Positions 1 through 12,600 of a stretch of 64,000 nt of DNA are shown here, piece by piece. The DNA is from Geosiphon pyriformis uo1 (lineage: Eukaryota > Fungi > Glomeromycota). How positions within the stretch are numbered: the first letter of the stretch is position 1; each line of letters opens with the position of its first letter. Where the stretch lies: assembly GCA_016748015.1 (NCBI GenBank), contig JAAOMT010000480.1, positions 248,001-312,000 of the forward strand, given 5' to 3'. The notes under the pieces are model-generated. The model was given only the letters and a program-made list of their open reading frames with translations, had not been told where the DNA came from and searched no databases. The position numbers and the translations under genes are program-made.

Positions 1-879
1 GGCTGGTTATTTCATTGATCTAATCCTAAATAGTAGATCATCTGTTAGTGTAATTGCCAAACATTTTTTTGAAACAATTGGCAGAAAAATTGATAAGTTT
101 TCTATTCAACCAATGACTAATGTACATGGTGACAAGAAAAAAGGCCTGGGCATAGTCAAAGCTATTCCTGTTTACATCAATAGTATCAGCATTAAAATTA
201 ACATGAAAGTATCTGAAGCAAAAGAGTACATCATAATTGTTGACAATGAGTGGCTCAAGAAAGCCAAAGTGCTACTTGATTATAAAATTTGTGAGCTAAT
301 CATCAGATATAGTGAGAAGTCCATAGTGGTTAAGTATTATTATTGGACAACTCTTCCAGTACCCAAGCAAAACCAAAAAGAAGAACAATTAGATGAATTA
401 AATAATGATGAGAGTGATGAAAAAAAAATCAAAAAAAAACAAGAAGAAACTATTGAACTCATCTATATTATTTTTACTAGCAATGACAAGTCACTGGACA
501 ATGTTAAAGTTGACAAAAAAGAAATTATGATAAATGACAAGCTGATTTGCTGGCCCTATTATAATATTCTTAGAAGAATCTTTGATAGAAAACCTAGCAA
601 GAAAACAAAATACAGTTATTGGTAGCATGGTTTTTGTGCCAGGTGTTAGTGTGATAAACCTTTGTATTCTCCTAGTAATGAATACAAGTCCTGTCTAATC
701 TATTACAAAGATTGAGAGCCAATTAGTTTGATACTCAGAAAAGAATTAAAAAAAGTACAGAAGTTCTTTAAGAATGAACCACCTAAAATCCAATTATTAG
801 TTACAGAACAAAGAGAACTTTCCCCTAAAAAAAGAAAAATGGATATTGAAAATCTGTTGGCTAGAAATAGCCTAGTTAT

Positions 880-2200
880 TTCAAAAAAAAGTAATACTTT
901 TGGACAAACTCATATGATACAACACACTATTATCACAAAAAAAACTCATTCCATCTATTTGAAACTTTATCAATTCAATTGACACAATGATGAATTTATT
1001 AAGAAAAAGATACACCAGATAAAAGATCTTGAATTCATACAAGAAATCAAAAGTGAATGGGCTTTCCTAGTTGTAATGATATTTAAGAAAGGTGGAACTC
1101 TATACTTCTGTGTTAACTGCTGCCAATTAAATGTCATTACTATAAAAGACATATACCCACTTTTCAAAATTGATGTAATGCTAGATAAATTCAATGGTGC
1201 TGCTTTTTTCTTAACTATTGACTTAACTGCTAGATTTTGGCAAGTAGAGATGGATCCAAAAAGCAGAAAGAAAACTGCTTTTATTACCAAGTATAGCACC
1301 TATGAATTTACAGTTATGCCTTTTGGTCTTATCAATATCTCTTTCACCTTTCAATGCCTAATAGACAAAGTATTTAAATCAGTAAAAGAAAACTTTGTTT
1401 TGGTTTATTTAGATAACATAATGATCTACTCAAAAATCTGGGATAAATACCTTGAATATTTGCAGAAGATTTTTGACTTGCTCAGAAATGCTGGCCTTAA
1501 AATCAACCTAATCAAATTTTTCTTTGAATACCAATCTACCCAGTTCTTTGGTCATCTTATTACAAAAGATAAAATCTTCTCTAACTCAGCTAAAGTTAAA
1601 AAAGTTCAAAACATTAGACAACCAATGAATGTTTTTGAACTATGCTCTTTCCTTGGTTTGGTTTCTTATTATTGCAAATTTATCAAGGATTTCTCCAAAA
1701 TTGCCTTTTTTCTCAATCAGCTATTTAAAAAAAATGTCAATTATTATTGGGACACTTATTAACAAAAAACTTTTGAAATTCTGAAGAAAAAACTTGTTAC
1801 TGAACTAATTTTCAAGCAACCTGATTTGGACCAACTTTTCATCCTTCACACTGATGCATTTGGCTATGAACTTGGTGCTGTTCTTTTACAAAAAGATGAA
1901 AATGGCAGAAAACATGTTATAGTATATGCCAGTAGATCTTTCACACCAGTAGAAAAAAACTATTTAGTTACTAAACAAGAATGTTTAGCAGTAGTTTGGA
2001 TTACTAGTTACTGAGATCAATATCTTTTTGGTGTGAAATTCCTAGTAGTAACAGATCATTAAGCCTTGGTTTGACTGCACAATAAAAAGAAGCTAAAACA
2101 CAAATAAATAACTTGCTAAATACTCCATTTAAATGAATTTAACTATGATATTTAATATTACAAAGAAGTAAATTATCAAAATGCCAATGCTCTCTCTAGA
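880..2200 (+). pseudogene. Reverse transcriptase + RNase H of Gypsy element A (inactivated)
   Basis: ORFs 1076-1762 and 1826-2014 carry RT and RH motifs; catalytic YLDD reads YLDN; in-frame stops. Confidence 0.93.
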
Positions 2201-2289
2201 CTTACTATTCAATAATAGTAAAATTTCTCAAACCAAACCAACTTAATTATTAGTAATTTCTTTACAAACAAACACAATAGTAGACTTAA

Positions 2290-3560
2290 ACAACTATTCT
2301 GCCTTAATGGAATTTTTGGGTAAAGAACAATACTCATCAGAATACACTTGACAGCAAAGAAAACATTTACACAAACAATCAAATTTCTATTTGATTTACC
2401 AGAACCAGCTATATAAAAGAAATAAAAAAAATTTTGATCATCTTCAAAAAGTCATCAAATTTGAAGAAAGAAAAATTGTAATATACAATATGTATACTAA
2501 CCCATTAGCTAAACACTTTGGAAAAACAAAAACAATTCAGAAAATCTTAGCTTACTATTATTGGTCTACCTTAGAAAAAAACATTGCTAAATACATCAAA
2601 ACCTGTAACATCTGCCAAAGAAAAGACAAATCCAATTATAAAGAAAATATCTATTCAATCTTGGTTGGTCAACCATTTGACAAAATTGGTATAGATGTTA
2701 TTAGATCTTTAACAATAATTTTTGATGGCAATAGATATATTATTACAGCTATTGACTATTTTACAAAGTGAATAGAAGCAAGAGCCATTTCAGACCAAAC
2801 AGCAGTTTCAATAGCCAATTTCATTTATAAAGATATTATTGCCATTATGGCTGTCCCAAAAAACTTTTATCTAATAAAGAAAAAGCTTTTCTCAGTACAC
2901 TGATTGAAGAACTTTGTAAAAAAATGGGAATACATCATAAACTTTTTTCCTCTTACCACTCTCAAACAAATAACCTAGTAAAACATTTTAATAGAACATT
3001 ATGTGAAACTTTAGCCAAAACCAGTAAAGAAACAAACTTATGGAACAAAGTACTGTTTTCAGTTTTGTTTGTTTATAGAACAGTAAATTATGACATAACA
3101 AGTTATAAACCTTTTTATCTACTCTATAAACATATGGCAACACTACCAATAGAAACTGACATTAAAACAATACTCTTTAAAAAAATCACAATAAGAAATT
3201 ATAAAGACATTTTGCGAAGAAGACTTGGTACTATTCTTGACTCCTTAGTAGAAACACAAATAATTGTCTTTGAAAAGATAAAACAGTTTTAAGAAAAGCT
3301 TAAGAAAAAGAAAACTTATAAAATACTTTCTTTAAGTATTGGTAACTTGGTATTGGAATACTATTCTGATAGAGACAATGTCTATGGTAATAAATTTTCT
3401 AGCCAATAGTAAGGACTCTTTTTAGTCAACAAAGTTTTAAACAATGGTTTTTATATTCTTCAAGATCAATTCAGAACAATTTTCAATGATCATTTTGTTT
3501 ATGGTACACAACTAAAAAAATATCATAAATAACCTAATTAGTTGTCTGTTGTGGTAATAC
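2290..3560 (+). pseudogene. Integrase of Gypsy element A (inactivated)
   Basis: HHCC zinc finger and rve core fragments in ORFs 2391-2771 and 2924-3292; degenerate GPF-type C-terminus near 3410-3530. Confidence 0.9.
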
Positions 3561-3600
3561 TGACCCAAATAATTAACAAAAATCAAGTATAAATAAATGC

Positions 3601-4290
3601 ACTATTCCCAAAACAGAGATATCTTTAATCAACATAAACAATTATTTCCTGGATTAAAACATTCAAAATGCCTTCTATACTCTCCATAAGTATTGGATCA
3701 AAAACTATCCAAATACTACTTTAATCATTGGAAAACAAACCACTATAACTGATAACAATAGAACACATACTGTTATTAGACCAAAGAAAACCACTACCAG
3801 AAGAGAAAAAATTAGTAACAAAATAAATAAATATTTGTTGAAAAGTATAACAACAGCTATACTTCCATCTTCCAGTACAATTGGAAAAACACTCCAAAAA
3901 ATCTTACTTATAGACAAAAACTTGTTATATAAAAGACAATTAAAACTTTATGATTACTTTAGAGAAATTATAAAGAATATGAAACTCATAAAGAAAACAA
4001 CTTCAGAAATACAGACAAAAATTTTGGGCATTATATAGTTAGATATTCTAAGAGTTTTAACTATTGTTAAAAGAGCCAAAACTTTAATACAAAGATTTGG
4101 TCTCTTGGATACAAAACTCATTTTGTCTTAAGTATTATATACCCTATCCACAAAAGACTTCAACAAACTAGTTAGCTTTGAGTTAAATAAAACTCTTCAA
4201 ATAGATTATACCATGAATAGCTTGATTTTGCCAAAGCTCAATTTCTTTGGAGAGGATAATGTTATAATTGAAACCTACACTTCTTATTAA
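3601..4290 (+). pseudogene. Extra ORF3 downstream of integrase in element A, unknown function
   Basis: One reading frame (that of ORF 3835-4038) runs 3601-4290, interrupted by only three TAA/TAG codons (3655, 4036, 4129). It crosses the PPT and ends ...FFGEDNVIIETYTSY* inside the LTR. Confidence 0.65.
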
Positions 4291-4774
4291 TTATCACATG
4301 TATTAGCCACTAATGTTATATAATTAGCCACTCTATTTTTAGATAGTGATCAATAACCTGACTATTGACTTGATTATTAACCTGATCAATGATCTGATCA
4401 TTAACCTAATTATTGACCTAATCATTAATTTAATTATTGACCACTTTTGATAACTATATAAGTAATGAATCTCTTAGCTGTAAAAAAGCATGTAAGAATC
4501 AAAGAAAAAAAATAAATAAAATAACAACTTTCATCTCAATCATTTTTTTATCACTAAATTCTCTTTTCTTACCTTTAAGTATCCAAACATCTTGGGATAA
4601 AAAATTACTTGTTGGTTATTTCTTACTCTTTTTCTGACTCATATAATTGTAATATTTGAAGATTATTAAATAAAATGTGACTGAAAAATACATCTAATAC
4701 TTGATATTGAATTCTAAGAATACTGACATGAGACATAGAATTATACTAGTGTGTGATCATTTGTTGACAGTACA
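4260..4774 (+). repeat. 3' LTR of Gypsy family A
   Basis: Starts TGTTATA right after the purine tract GGAGAGGATAA (4249-4259), ends ...GACAGTACA, and aligns by eye with the copy at 61842-62328. Confidence 0.8.
4347..4443 (+). repeat. ~12-bp tandem repeat (consensus ~TGATCATTGACC, about 8 units) inside the family A LTR
   Basis: tgatcaataacc tgactattgact tgattattaacc tgatcaatgatc tgatcattaacc taattattgacc...; a decayed version lies at ~61935-62010. Confidence 0.8.
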
Positions 4775-4999
4775 GACTATCTTTCTACCTTCAGATTCCT
4801 TGGTTATCTTTTAAAAAGTATAGTAACTAAGATATTTTATGAAATTGATCTTGTATATTGAATTTATATTCATTTAATTTGCTCTTTAAAGTTGAATTTC
4901 CTTTGATTTTTTTCATCACTCTACAATTCTGTTCTTTCTTGCTATTCATTAGCTTATTACTCCAATTTATAATAATATTAATTGGTATGTCTATTTTAC

Positions 5000-5400
5000 T
5001 TATTAATTCAAATCTATTTTTCTTTCTGGCTGTAATTTTTAATTTTTTTCTTGTTTCTACTGGCACTAATTAAGCTATTTTTACCAGAGGTAAAAATATT
5101 GCCTATGCTATCTTTTTATTTGGTTTTATTGTGTATCCTTTTTATGAGTCATTTTGTAGTATTGCAATAATATTTCTTATATATTCTGCATCAATTATTC
5201 TTCTTTTAATATTAATCTTTTTTTTGCTAAGTTAGATCTAGATACTAATTGAACCATTGTTGTTACTAGAATTTTCAGTGATATTTTTAGATCTATACTG
5301 GTGTACAAATATGGTTCTAATTTAATAGTAGTTTTTTTTAAATATCTAAGATCAAATTCTGCATCAATATTATATATGTATTTTAGCATAATACTTTTAT
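5000..5400 (-). pseudogene. dUTPase domain in Gypsy pol (degenerate)
   Basis: DAEFDLRY (motif I), VQLVSRSNLAKK (motif II), IIDAEY (motif III), KIA*AIFLP (motif IV) and a decayed motif V; broken by frameshifts. Confidence 0.8.
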
Positions 5401-8400
5401 TGTTATTGCTGAACCATTTTAGTTTTTGCTCTATAGAAAGATCTGAAAGCACAATATATTATTCAGAATTGTAATTAGAGTTTGAATTATTATTATTGTT
5501 GCCATAGTAAATAAAGTTGGAACTGTTGTTGTCATTATTATTAAAGTCTAAATTGGAATTAAATTTTAATTTTAATTCTATTGCATATTTGCTAATTGGT
5601 TTTTTTTTTGGAGATTGAATAGATTATGTGTGATAGTAGATTGTAAATAAGGTTACAATTATTACAATACTGAAAATTACATGGAATTAAATAGTAGTCA
5701 CATAGTCAAGTATTGAGCTGTTTTAAGCATTGTTCTTGTTTTTTTTAGTGAGTGCAAATTCTTAATAGTGTTTATAGAATTGTTTCAGATTTATAACATT
5801 AAGGATAATATCAAAGTTTAGGATCCAGATGGTTTTTTTAGGTTCTGGTGAGTTGTTTTTAATTGTTTCTATTTTTTCTGAAGATGCATCTTTAATTTTG
5901 GCAATTGTCATTCACCAGATTTCATTATTATAATGTAAACAATTGTCCAAACATTTTACAGCTTTTTTTCAGACAGTGTTTATTGGCATTCTTTTTTTTA
6001 CCCAATTGCTGATTAGAATTGTGTACTAACACGATTTGTTACATATTTTTCTATAACCAGAAATGTTGTTCCATATTTCTTTATCTAAAAAAGTTTTTTT
6101 ACAAGCAAAACATGATTTATTGTTCTATTTTTCTTGTCTTTTGGTTATCCAAAACGTTTTAGGACACATAGACAACAGTAATATTTTGTTGTTGTGGACC
6201 ATTCTTTGTTATCACTACAGTACACACTTATTAATAACAATTTCTTGTCACAATCAACACAAACTAGCTTTGGTTGACAATAATATAAGTTTGTATAAAG
6301 AATGGTATATAAAATATAAGTAAAAGTAGTTGTTTTGGGTTTTTCTCTTGCATTTTTTTTCCCTTTTTTTTCTCAGTCTGAAATTGGTGGTAGTTTGTTG
6401 TGGTTATCTTTGGTCTATGAGATTTAGTATGCTTTTTAGATAGGTTTTTTTTCTTCTTTCTTAAACTCAATTAATAACTGCTTATTGGTGGTAATTTTAA
6501 AATATTTGTAAGTAACTGGTACTTAAATGTTCTGATTATTCTGGCTCAATTGTAATTTCTGGGTGTTCTAGTCAAGTATTATATTGGTTTTGAACAGCCA
6601 ATTATTACCAATAAGAGCTTGATATTAAGTAGGTTTTATAATAAGAACTTTAATAAATGTCATGATGCCATTAACTTCAAATAAGAAGTCATTAATCTTA
6701 CTAATGAGTGTTTTTGTTACCTTATTAGTGGTAATAATTTTGGTACTGGCAGTGTGATCAACTTGGCAACTTAATTGGTTCATAAATTGTCATGTAATAA
6801 TGCTGTTTGCTAAACCATTATCAAGAATTAGCTTAATAGAATAGCTAATAACTTTGACATCTGTGTATATTACTGTGATAAGTTTAGTGTCAAGAGTGGT
6901 TCTATTAAATAAAAGTAATATTATAGATTTTTTTATATCGAATGAAAATATGGTTGCAAGTAATTTGTTTTCCATAATGATTGCTAGTCAAATATTGCTA
7001 ATAAGTAGTGTTTTTAGACTTTTTACATTATTGAATAAGCTGGTTTCTGAAGTAATTAGAAGACTTAAATAGTTCTGAGAATTTGGGTTTTAAATGTAGT
7101 TAGCTTCTGAATTTTGCTGTTATAATCCAGATTGTTGAGTTGCTGAACTGGTAATCAATTGGTATATTACTATTACCAATCTCCAATTCTGGCAAATTTG
7201 AGTCATTCTCAGTCTTTAACTTCCATTAATAGGTAAGTTTTGGGACTGAGTTTGAATTTGTTGAAGTTGATACATTATTTAGAGCTAAAGTGGCTGATAA
7301 ATTACTGGTATTGGAATTTAATAGATGGATGGCTAATAAATTGGTTGTATTAATAAAGAGTAATATGGTTAATAGTGGTATTGTTTGAATACTTAATTAT
7401 TGGTGTAATATAAGATTTGAAATCATTAATTGAGATTATAATATTAATTTTCTGATTATTAATTATTTAATCTTAATTAACAGTCTAGTTTTAAATGTTT
7501 TTGTTTACTCACAATAGTGGCAAATATGTGTCTCTTGTTGTCATAATTGGTTGGTTAATAAGGATGATAGACATGACTGATTCTGGAAATGATTAAAGTT
7601 TTCTGTATTGTTGTAATATTGTAATGGTTAATAGATTGCTTAATTGTTAGCTAAATATTTCTTGATTTTCTGATTGATGACTTTACCAAATTGTTTCAAT
7701 TTGGTATTCAATTCAGATGATTTATTTATTACTAGATTAATGATTTGGGCATAATTGGCTTTTAGCTCAGCTAATTCAAAATTTTAGGCATATGTAACTG
7801 TATCTTGAAATGTTTGAAGATATAATAGATATACATGTTTTAAAAGACTACTGTACAAGTCATGGATAAACTGATTTAGAATTTGTAATATTGTGAAATA
7901 GTTAACATTAATGGCTTGAATTTGGTGCAAATTTCTATAGAAATGTCCTAAGTAAGTAATAACTGCTTTAATGTTACTCTGTTTAATAATGGTAAATGTC
8001 ATTGCCAAGTAATTAATGCTGTTATTATTGCTAAAATATCTTAAAAATTCAACTTTGAATTCATTGAAGTTTTGGGGTTTCTGGATCAAGCTTTGATATT
8101 ACAAGTTAACAGTATTTTGAAGAAAATATGAAATGGTTTAGAGAGCTTTAGTGTCATTTTAATTATTAGTGGTAATAGCTTTAGAAATGTTATTTAACCA
8201 AACTTGGATGTTGTCTTCCTTACTCAAAATTTTTTCTAATTTTGCTATGAGTGTATATGTTATTGGTGTTAAAATTAGTTGTTGGAATTGTAATTGAAAT
8301 GGTTGTTGTAATGATGATTGAAATTGTAACTGTGGCTGTTATTGTTGTATGACAATTAGAGCAACTAATAGTAAGTTGATCACAATTACTAGAGATAAGT

Positions 8401-9230
8401 TTTGTGGAACAATCGGAACTAGGTTTGGATTATTTGGGTTTTGTTAGGTTGAAATAATTAGAGTTTGAATTTTTGAGTTTTTTGAGATTGGGTTTTGGTT
8501 ATTATTTTCTTGATTGTCATCTTTTTTTTCTTCAGAGTTGGTTTTTTTCCAAGGACTAGTGGCTCCAAAATCTGGTTGGAGTGGCAATAATCAAAATTTT
8601 AATGATATTAGTAATTATAATTTAAATTTTTCAAAAAAATTGCCATAAATTCTTAATAAATTGGCTTTTTTTTGTTGGCTTTAGAATGTTATTTTTGTTG
8701 ATAATGTTTTTACTGATGATAATACGACTTTTGATAATATATTAATAGTACTTTCAGATATGTAATAATATGACAGATGAATGAGTAAAACAACTCTTGG
8801 TTTTTTTTAAGTAAAAGGTTGTATTTTTCTTGGTATTTCTGCTGGTATTTGTAATTTTTTTTTCCATTGTCTGCAAAGGTAATAAAAAATTGCTGTCTGG
8901 TGTGCTTCTCAATTTTTTTGTTGATTTTTGTAATTATAGGAGTGAACAAATAATTTTGTAGAAATGTAGTATTTTGGAGTAATTCACTATAAAAATTGTT
9001 AAGTGCTGTTTCTGGATTTTTTTGGTCTTCTAATTGAGACTTAGTCTTTTTGTTGACATAAAAATTAAAAGTTGATTCTGCTGGCCAATAATTATTTGTT
9101 AATTCTAAATGAGTTTAATAGTATTGAAATAAAGCTTTTACAAATCTCAAGTTGTTTGTCTCTATTTTTTTGATTCTGTCACTGTTTTTAATGATTGTTG
9201 TTAGTGTTGGTTTTCTGTTAAATTATATTT

Positions 9231-9244
9231 CACAAAAAGCACCA
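9231..9244 (-). promoter_or_regulatory. Primer-binding site of the minus-strand Gypsy element
   Basis: TGGTGCTTTTTGTG begins 2 nt after the LTR-terminal CA; it is complementary to a tRNA 3' end ...AGCACCA. Confidence 0.7.
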
Positions 9245-9940
9245 AATGTTACAAGTAATTATTTGAAGTATTAGTATAAATAACAAATCTGTAATTTGGT
9301 GCTCAATAACTAGATAGTATTAATAATATCTAAAAGTTTTCATAATTTGAAGGTTTTGGTTAAGTCTTTTATATAATAGACAAAGATTCAATGATTGTTT
9401 TAGTAGCTTCTCAGAATGGTTATTCCATTAAATTTTTTTCTTTAGCATGATGGCCAATTTATTCTGGCAGTTATGTTTTTCTGATAAGCTATTCTTAATT
9501 TTTAAGTTCTATACTCTTATTTCTGGATTTTTTATCAGACTATCCTTGATATCAAATTACTTAATGCTTAATTCTTTTAATCAGTTAGTAAATCAACAAA
9601 ACAAAACAAAGAAAAGACAAAAAATAAAGAAATTAGTATTTCATTAATAGTCATAATTAAGAGCTATTAGTTTAATGTGGTTAAATATTAGATTCTATCA
9701 ACACTTTATGTTAATAGAATAAAAGTGATTTTATTATTCCTTAATTAAATAATGATATGGATTCAAATAGTAATTGATATTTTATTGATATGTGATTTAA
9801 TTTTACTTTAAATTGTAGAAAACTACTTTTTGAAAGAAAAGATATGAGATAATTAATGAATTGTAAGTATTAATCCTAAACTGGATTCTGTCTTTTTTGT
9901 TTTTAATATTTTTATTATATATACATATTTTTTGTTTTAT

Positions 9941-10125
9941 AAGATCTTATATTTTCTTGAGCAATATGCTTTAATTTACTAATATTGCTCATATTGCTAA
10001 GCAGCATACCATAATTTATTAATATTGCTTATATTATTAAACAGTATGCTTTAATTTGCTAGCACTGTGCACATTGTTAAGCAATGTGTTATAGTTTTTA
10101 ACATTGTGTTCATATGTTAAGTACT
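9941..10125. repeat. 40-bp degenerate tandem repeat, 4-5 units
   Basis: Units begin at 9941, 9981, 10021, 10061 and ~10100, e.g. aatattgctcatattgctaagcagcataccataatttatt / aatattgcttatattattaaacagtatgctttaatttgct. Confidence 0.75.
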
Positions 10126-10740
10126 ATTCTTTTATTGGTCTATTTTTTTATCTGTTTTTTCAGTTTTTCTTTTTTGTATTTTCTTATGAATAACAACAGC
10201 TAATCACATTACAATCATTCCAATTTTTGTCTCAAATCTGCTGCTTTTAGCACTAAAGCCAGTTGTTCTTAATGTTTATCAAAAGAGACACAAAGTTACA
10301 AATAGAATGCAAATAATATTTCTAAATTTTCTGACAATTATTTATAGTACTTTTATAATTTTTTTGGTGTTTAGTGTGAACAATATTAATATCTGAATTT
10401 TTGTCTTAATAATAACAACTAAATATAGTAATAGTGTAAATAAAATATTCATAATTAATAATGCTATATTACTAGTAGAAAACATATAAGCCAAGAAATA
10501 TTATATCTTTATAAAAAAATGATTATCTAAAGATTAGATTAATATTAATTGAAAGTTTTTTTGAAAATGATAATACTTTAATGATTTATTATATAATAAC
10601 ATGACTTTAATGATTGCTAATTGGCTAAAATTTAATTGATTGACATTTAAAAATTAAAGATTAATAATAAAAGTGGTTAATTTTAAACTTAAATAACTTT
10701 ATAAAATATAATATAATTTAAAAAATTAAACTGTAAATGT

Positions 10741-11686
10741 TGTTACCAATAGAATTTTAACTATTAATTAGCATAAAATTACTATTTTAATTCCTAATAT
10801 TAATTAGTATATATTATTATTATTTAATCAAATTATCAAATATTATTATTCAATTAATAACTCGATTTATATTATAGAAATTAAGATGATTAAATTACAC
10901 AATATCCTGAACTTTTAAAATTCAAAATTCGCCGAAATTGGCAGAAATTGGCCGAAATAATCAATAATTTGTAGAAATAACTTGTAATTTGCCGAAATGT
11001 ATCTTTAGTTTACCAAAATTATAGCAAAAAGAAAAGTGCAAGTTAAAAGATTAGTATTATAACAAGTTGTATAAAAGAAGAGCTTTTTTCTTCAAGAAAA
11101 TATATCTTACCATAATATCTTATTTTTTAGATATCTTAATTAGAAACAAATTATCTCTTATACACCTTTACAAAATCAAATAAAAATTTAAAATTCGAAA
11201 ACCAAATCCTTAATTATTACATTTGAAATTTCCTTAAAACAACTAACATTTTAAAATTGATTAACTACCAATTTCAGTAATCTGTTAATGACTCCAGGCC
11301 TGAATAAAAAACGTTTTCCTTGTTAAAATTTTATTTTTTTTACATTTTTTTATTTTTTTTACATTTTTTATTATAATTATTAGAGTAGTCTATAGACAAA
11401 ATTTCTGTAAAAGAGTTGACTTTCACAGCAAAATAACTACACATTTTTAGTAAGTTTTTAGATGAGCAATTTTTGAGAAAAAGTTGACATTTACTACAAC
11501 ATAACTACATAAAATAACCGGCACAGAATTGAATATTCCACTTATAAGCCCAGCAGTCCAAATTATAGGAAATAATTTGAAGATAAATTCAGTTATTGAA
11601 GGTTTAACTATTTTCAGAAAACGTGAATTTACAACAAACAGATATTAATAACATTCAAAAAAAGAGACCAAAAACCTCCAGTAATA
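10741..11686 (+). mobile_element. Solo LTR (family B, same family as the 45826-55681 element) with 4-bp TSD ATGT
   Basis: Reverse-complement match to LTRs 45826-46796 and 54722-55681 (TGTTAC...GACCAAAAACCTCCAGTAATA). ATGT is present at both 10737-10740 and 11687-11690. Confidence 0.88.
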
Positions 11687-12600
11687 ATGTGAAAGAAAAG
11701 AACTTAATCTATTATATTTATGGTTTAGTTTTTTAATATTATTAAAATTAAAAGATTAGATACAATTTAAAATTATATAATTGTTTGATAACTATAAATA
11801 GTTTGTACTATATAATTTAATTATTATATTTAATTGTATTTGTATATTATATAAATTAGATTATTAATTAAATAATAATATTTAATAATTTAATTAAAAT
11901 AATAAATAATAAAGTAAAAAACAATATTATATATTTAATTAATAATAAAAATTATAAAATAATTTCATGTTAATTAATAACTTAAATTTTATCTGTTAAT
12001 AACATAAAAAATATTAAATATTAAATATTAAAAATTATTAAATTATTAAATTTTGTTTTTTATACAAAGAACTCAAACCAAAAATCTTTAAATTAAGCAA
12101 AATTTTTAAATAATATTAAAAATAATAATATTAAATTACAAAATTTAATTTAAAAAATTTATTTGTATTACTAATAATAATAATAAAAAAATATTATAAT
12201 AAGAATTATCTTAATAAATTTTGTATTAATATAAAAAAAATATTAGATTATTTTTTTGTTTGCATATTAGATAAGATTAAAATGAGTTTAATTATTGTTA
12301 ATTTATTAAAAAATAAAAATTGTATATATAATTATTAATTATTAATTTTTTGGTATTATATATTATTATTAACCATTTAATAAGTGCAGCCCAATCGCTA
12401 TCTAGTACATAGAACCAAACTAAGAGGCTCAAACTAAATGCAACTCACGCACTTTCTACATGTGACTAGCCACTCAGGCCAGACAAGGCAACACTACACA
12501 TCTATAACTACCCGCGCACTGCCACCCAGACCAGAAAAGAAACAATAAGGTTTCCAATGACCAAAGCTAACAGTAAAGGAATCGGCCAAACCAAGCAATT

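Larger units (their letters stand above)
1..4774 (+). mobile_element. Degenerate Ty3/Gypsy LTR retrotransposon (family A): protease-RT-RNaseH-integrase-ORF3-3'LTR; 5' part lies outside the window
   Basis: Protease remnant at the start (LILNSRSSVSVI, from LDSGS), RT (FWQVEMDPKSRKKTAF, VMPFGL, VYLDN), RNase H (LHTDAFGYELGAVL, KQECLAVVW), integrase (HFGKTKT, CNICQ, PFDKIGID, IDYFTK, YHSQTNNLVKHFNRTL). The order PR-RT-RH-IN indicates Gypsy. Many stops are present. Confidence 0.95.
4775..10100 (-). mobile_element. Degenerate Ty3/Gypsy element (5' LTR-PBS-gag-protease-Cys-rich region-dUTPase), cut off at 4774 by element A
   Basis: PBS-like TTTGGTGCTTT follows the LTR end TGTAACA at 9247 (minus). 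Gag at 7700-8270 (QVWLNNISKAI, FNEFKVEFLRYF), protease LILDNGLANSIIT at ~6800-6850, dUTPase at ~5000-5400. The outer LTR boundary (~10100) is uncertain. Confidence 0.85.

Noticed and set aside
9941-10125. Regular ~40-bp periodicity that could suggest a CRISPR array
   Set aside because: Units are contiguous and degenerate with no unique spacers, there are no cas genes, and the context is eukaryotic.
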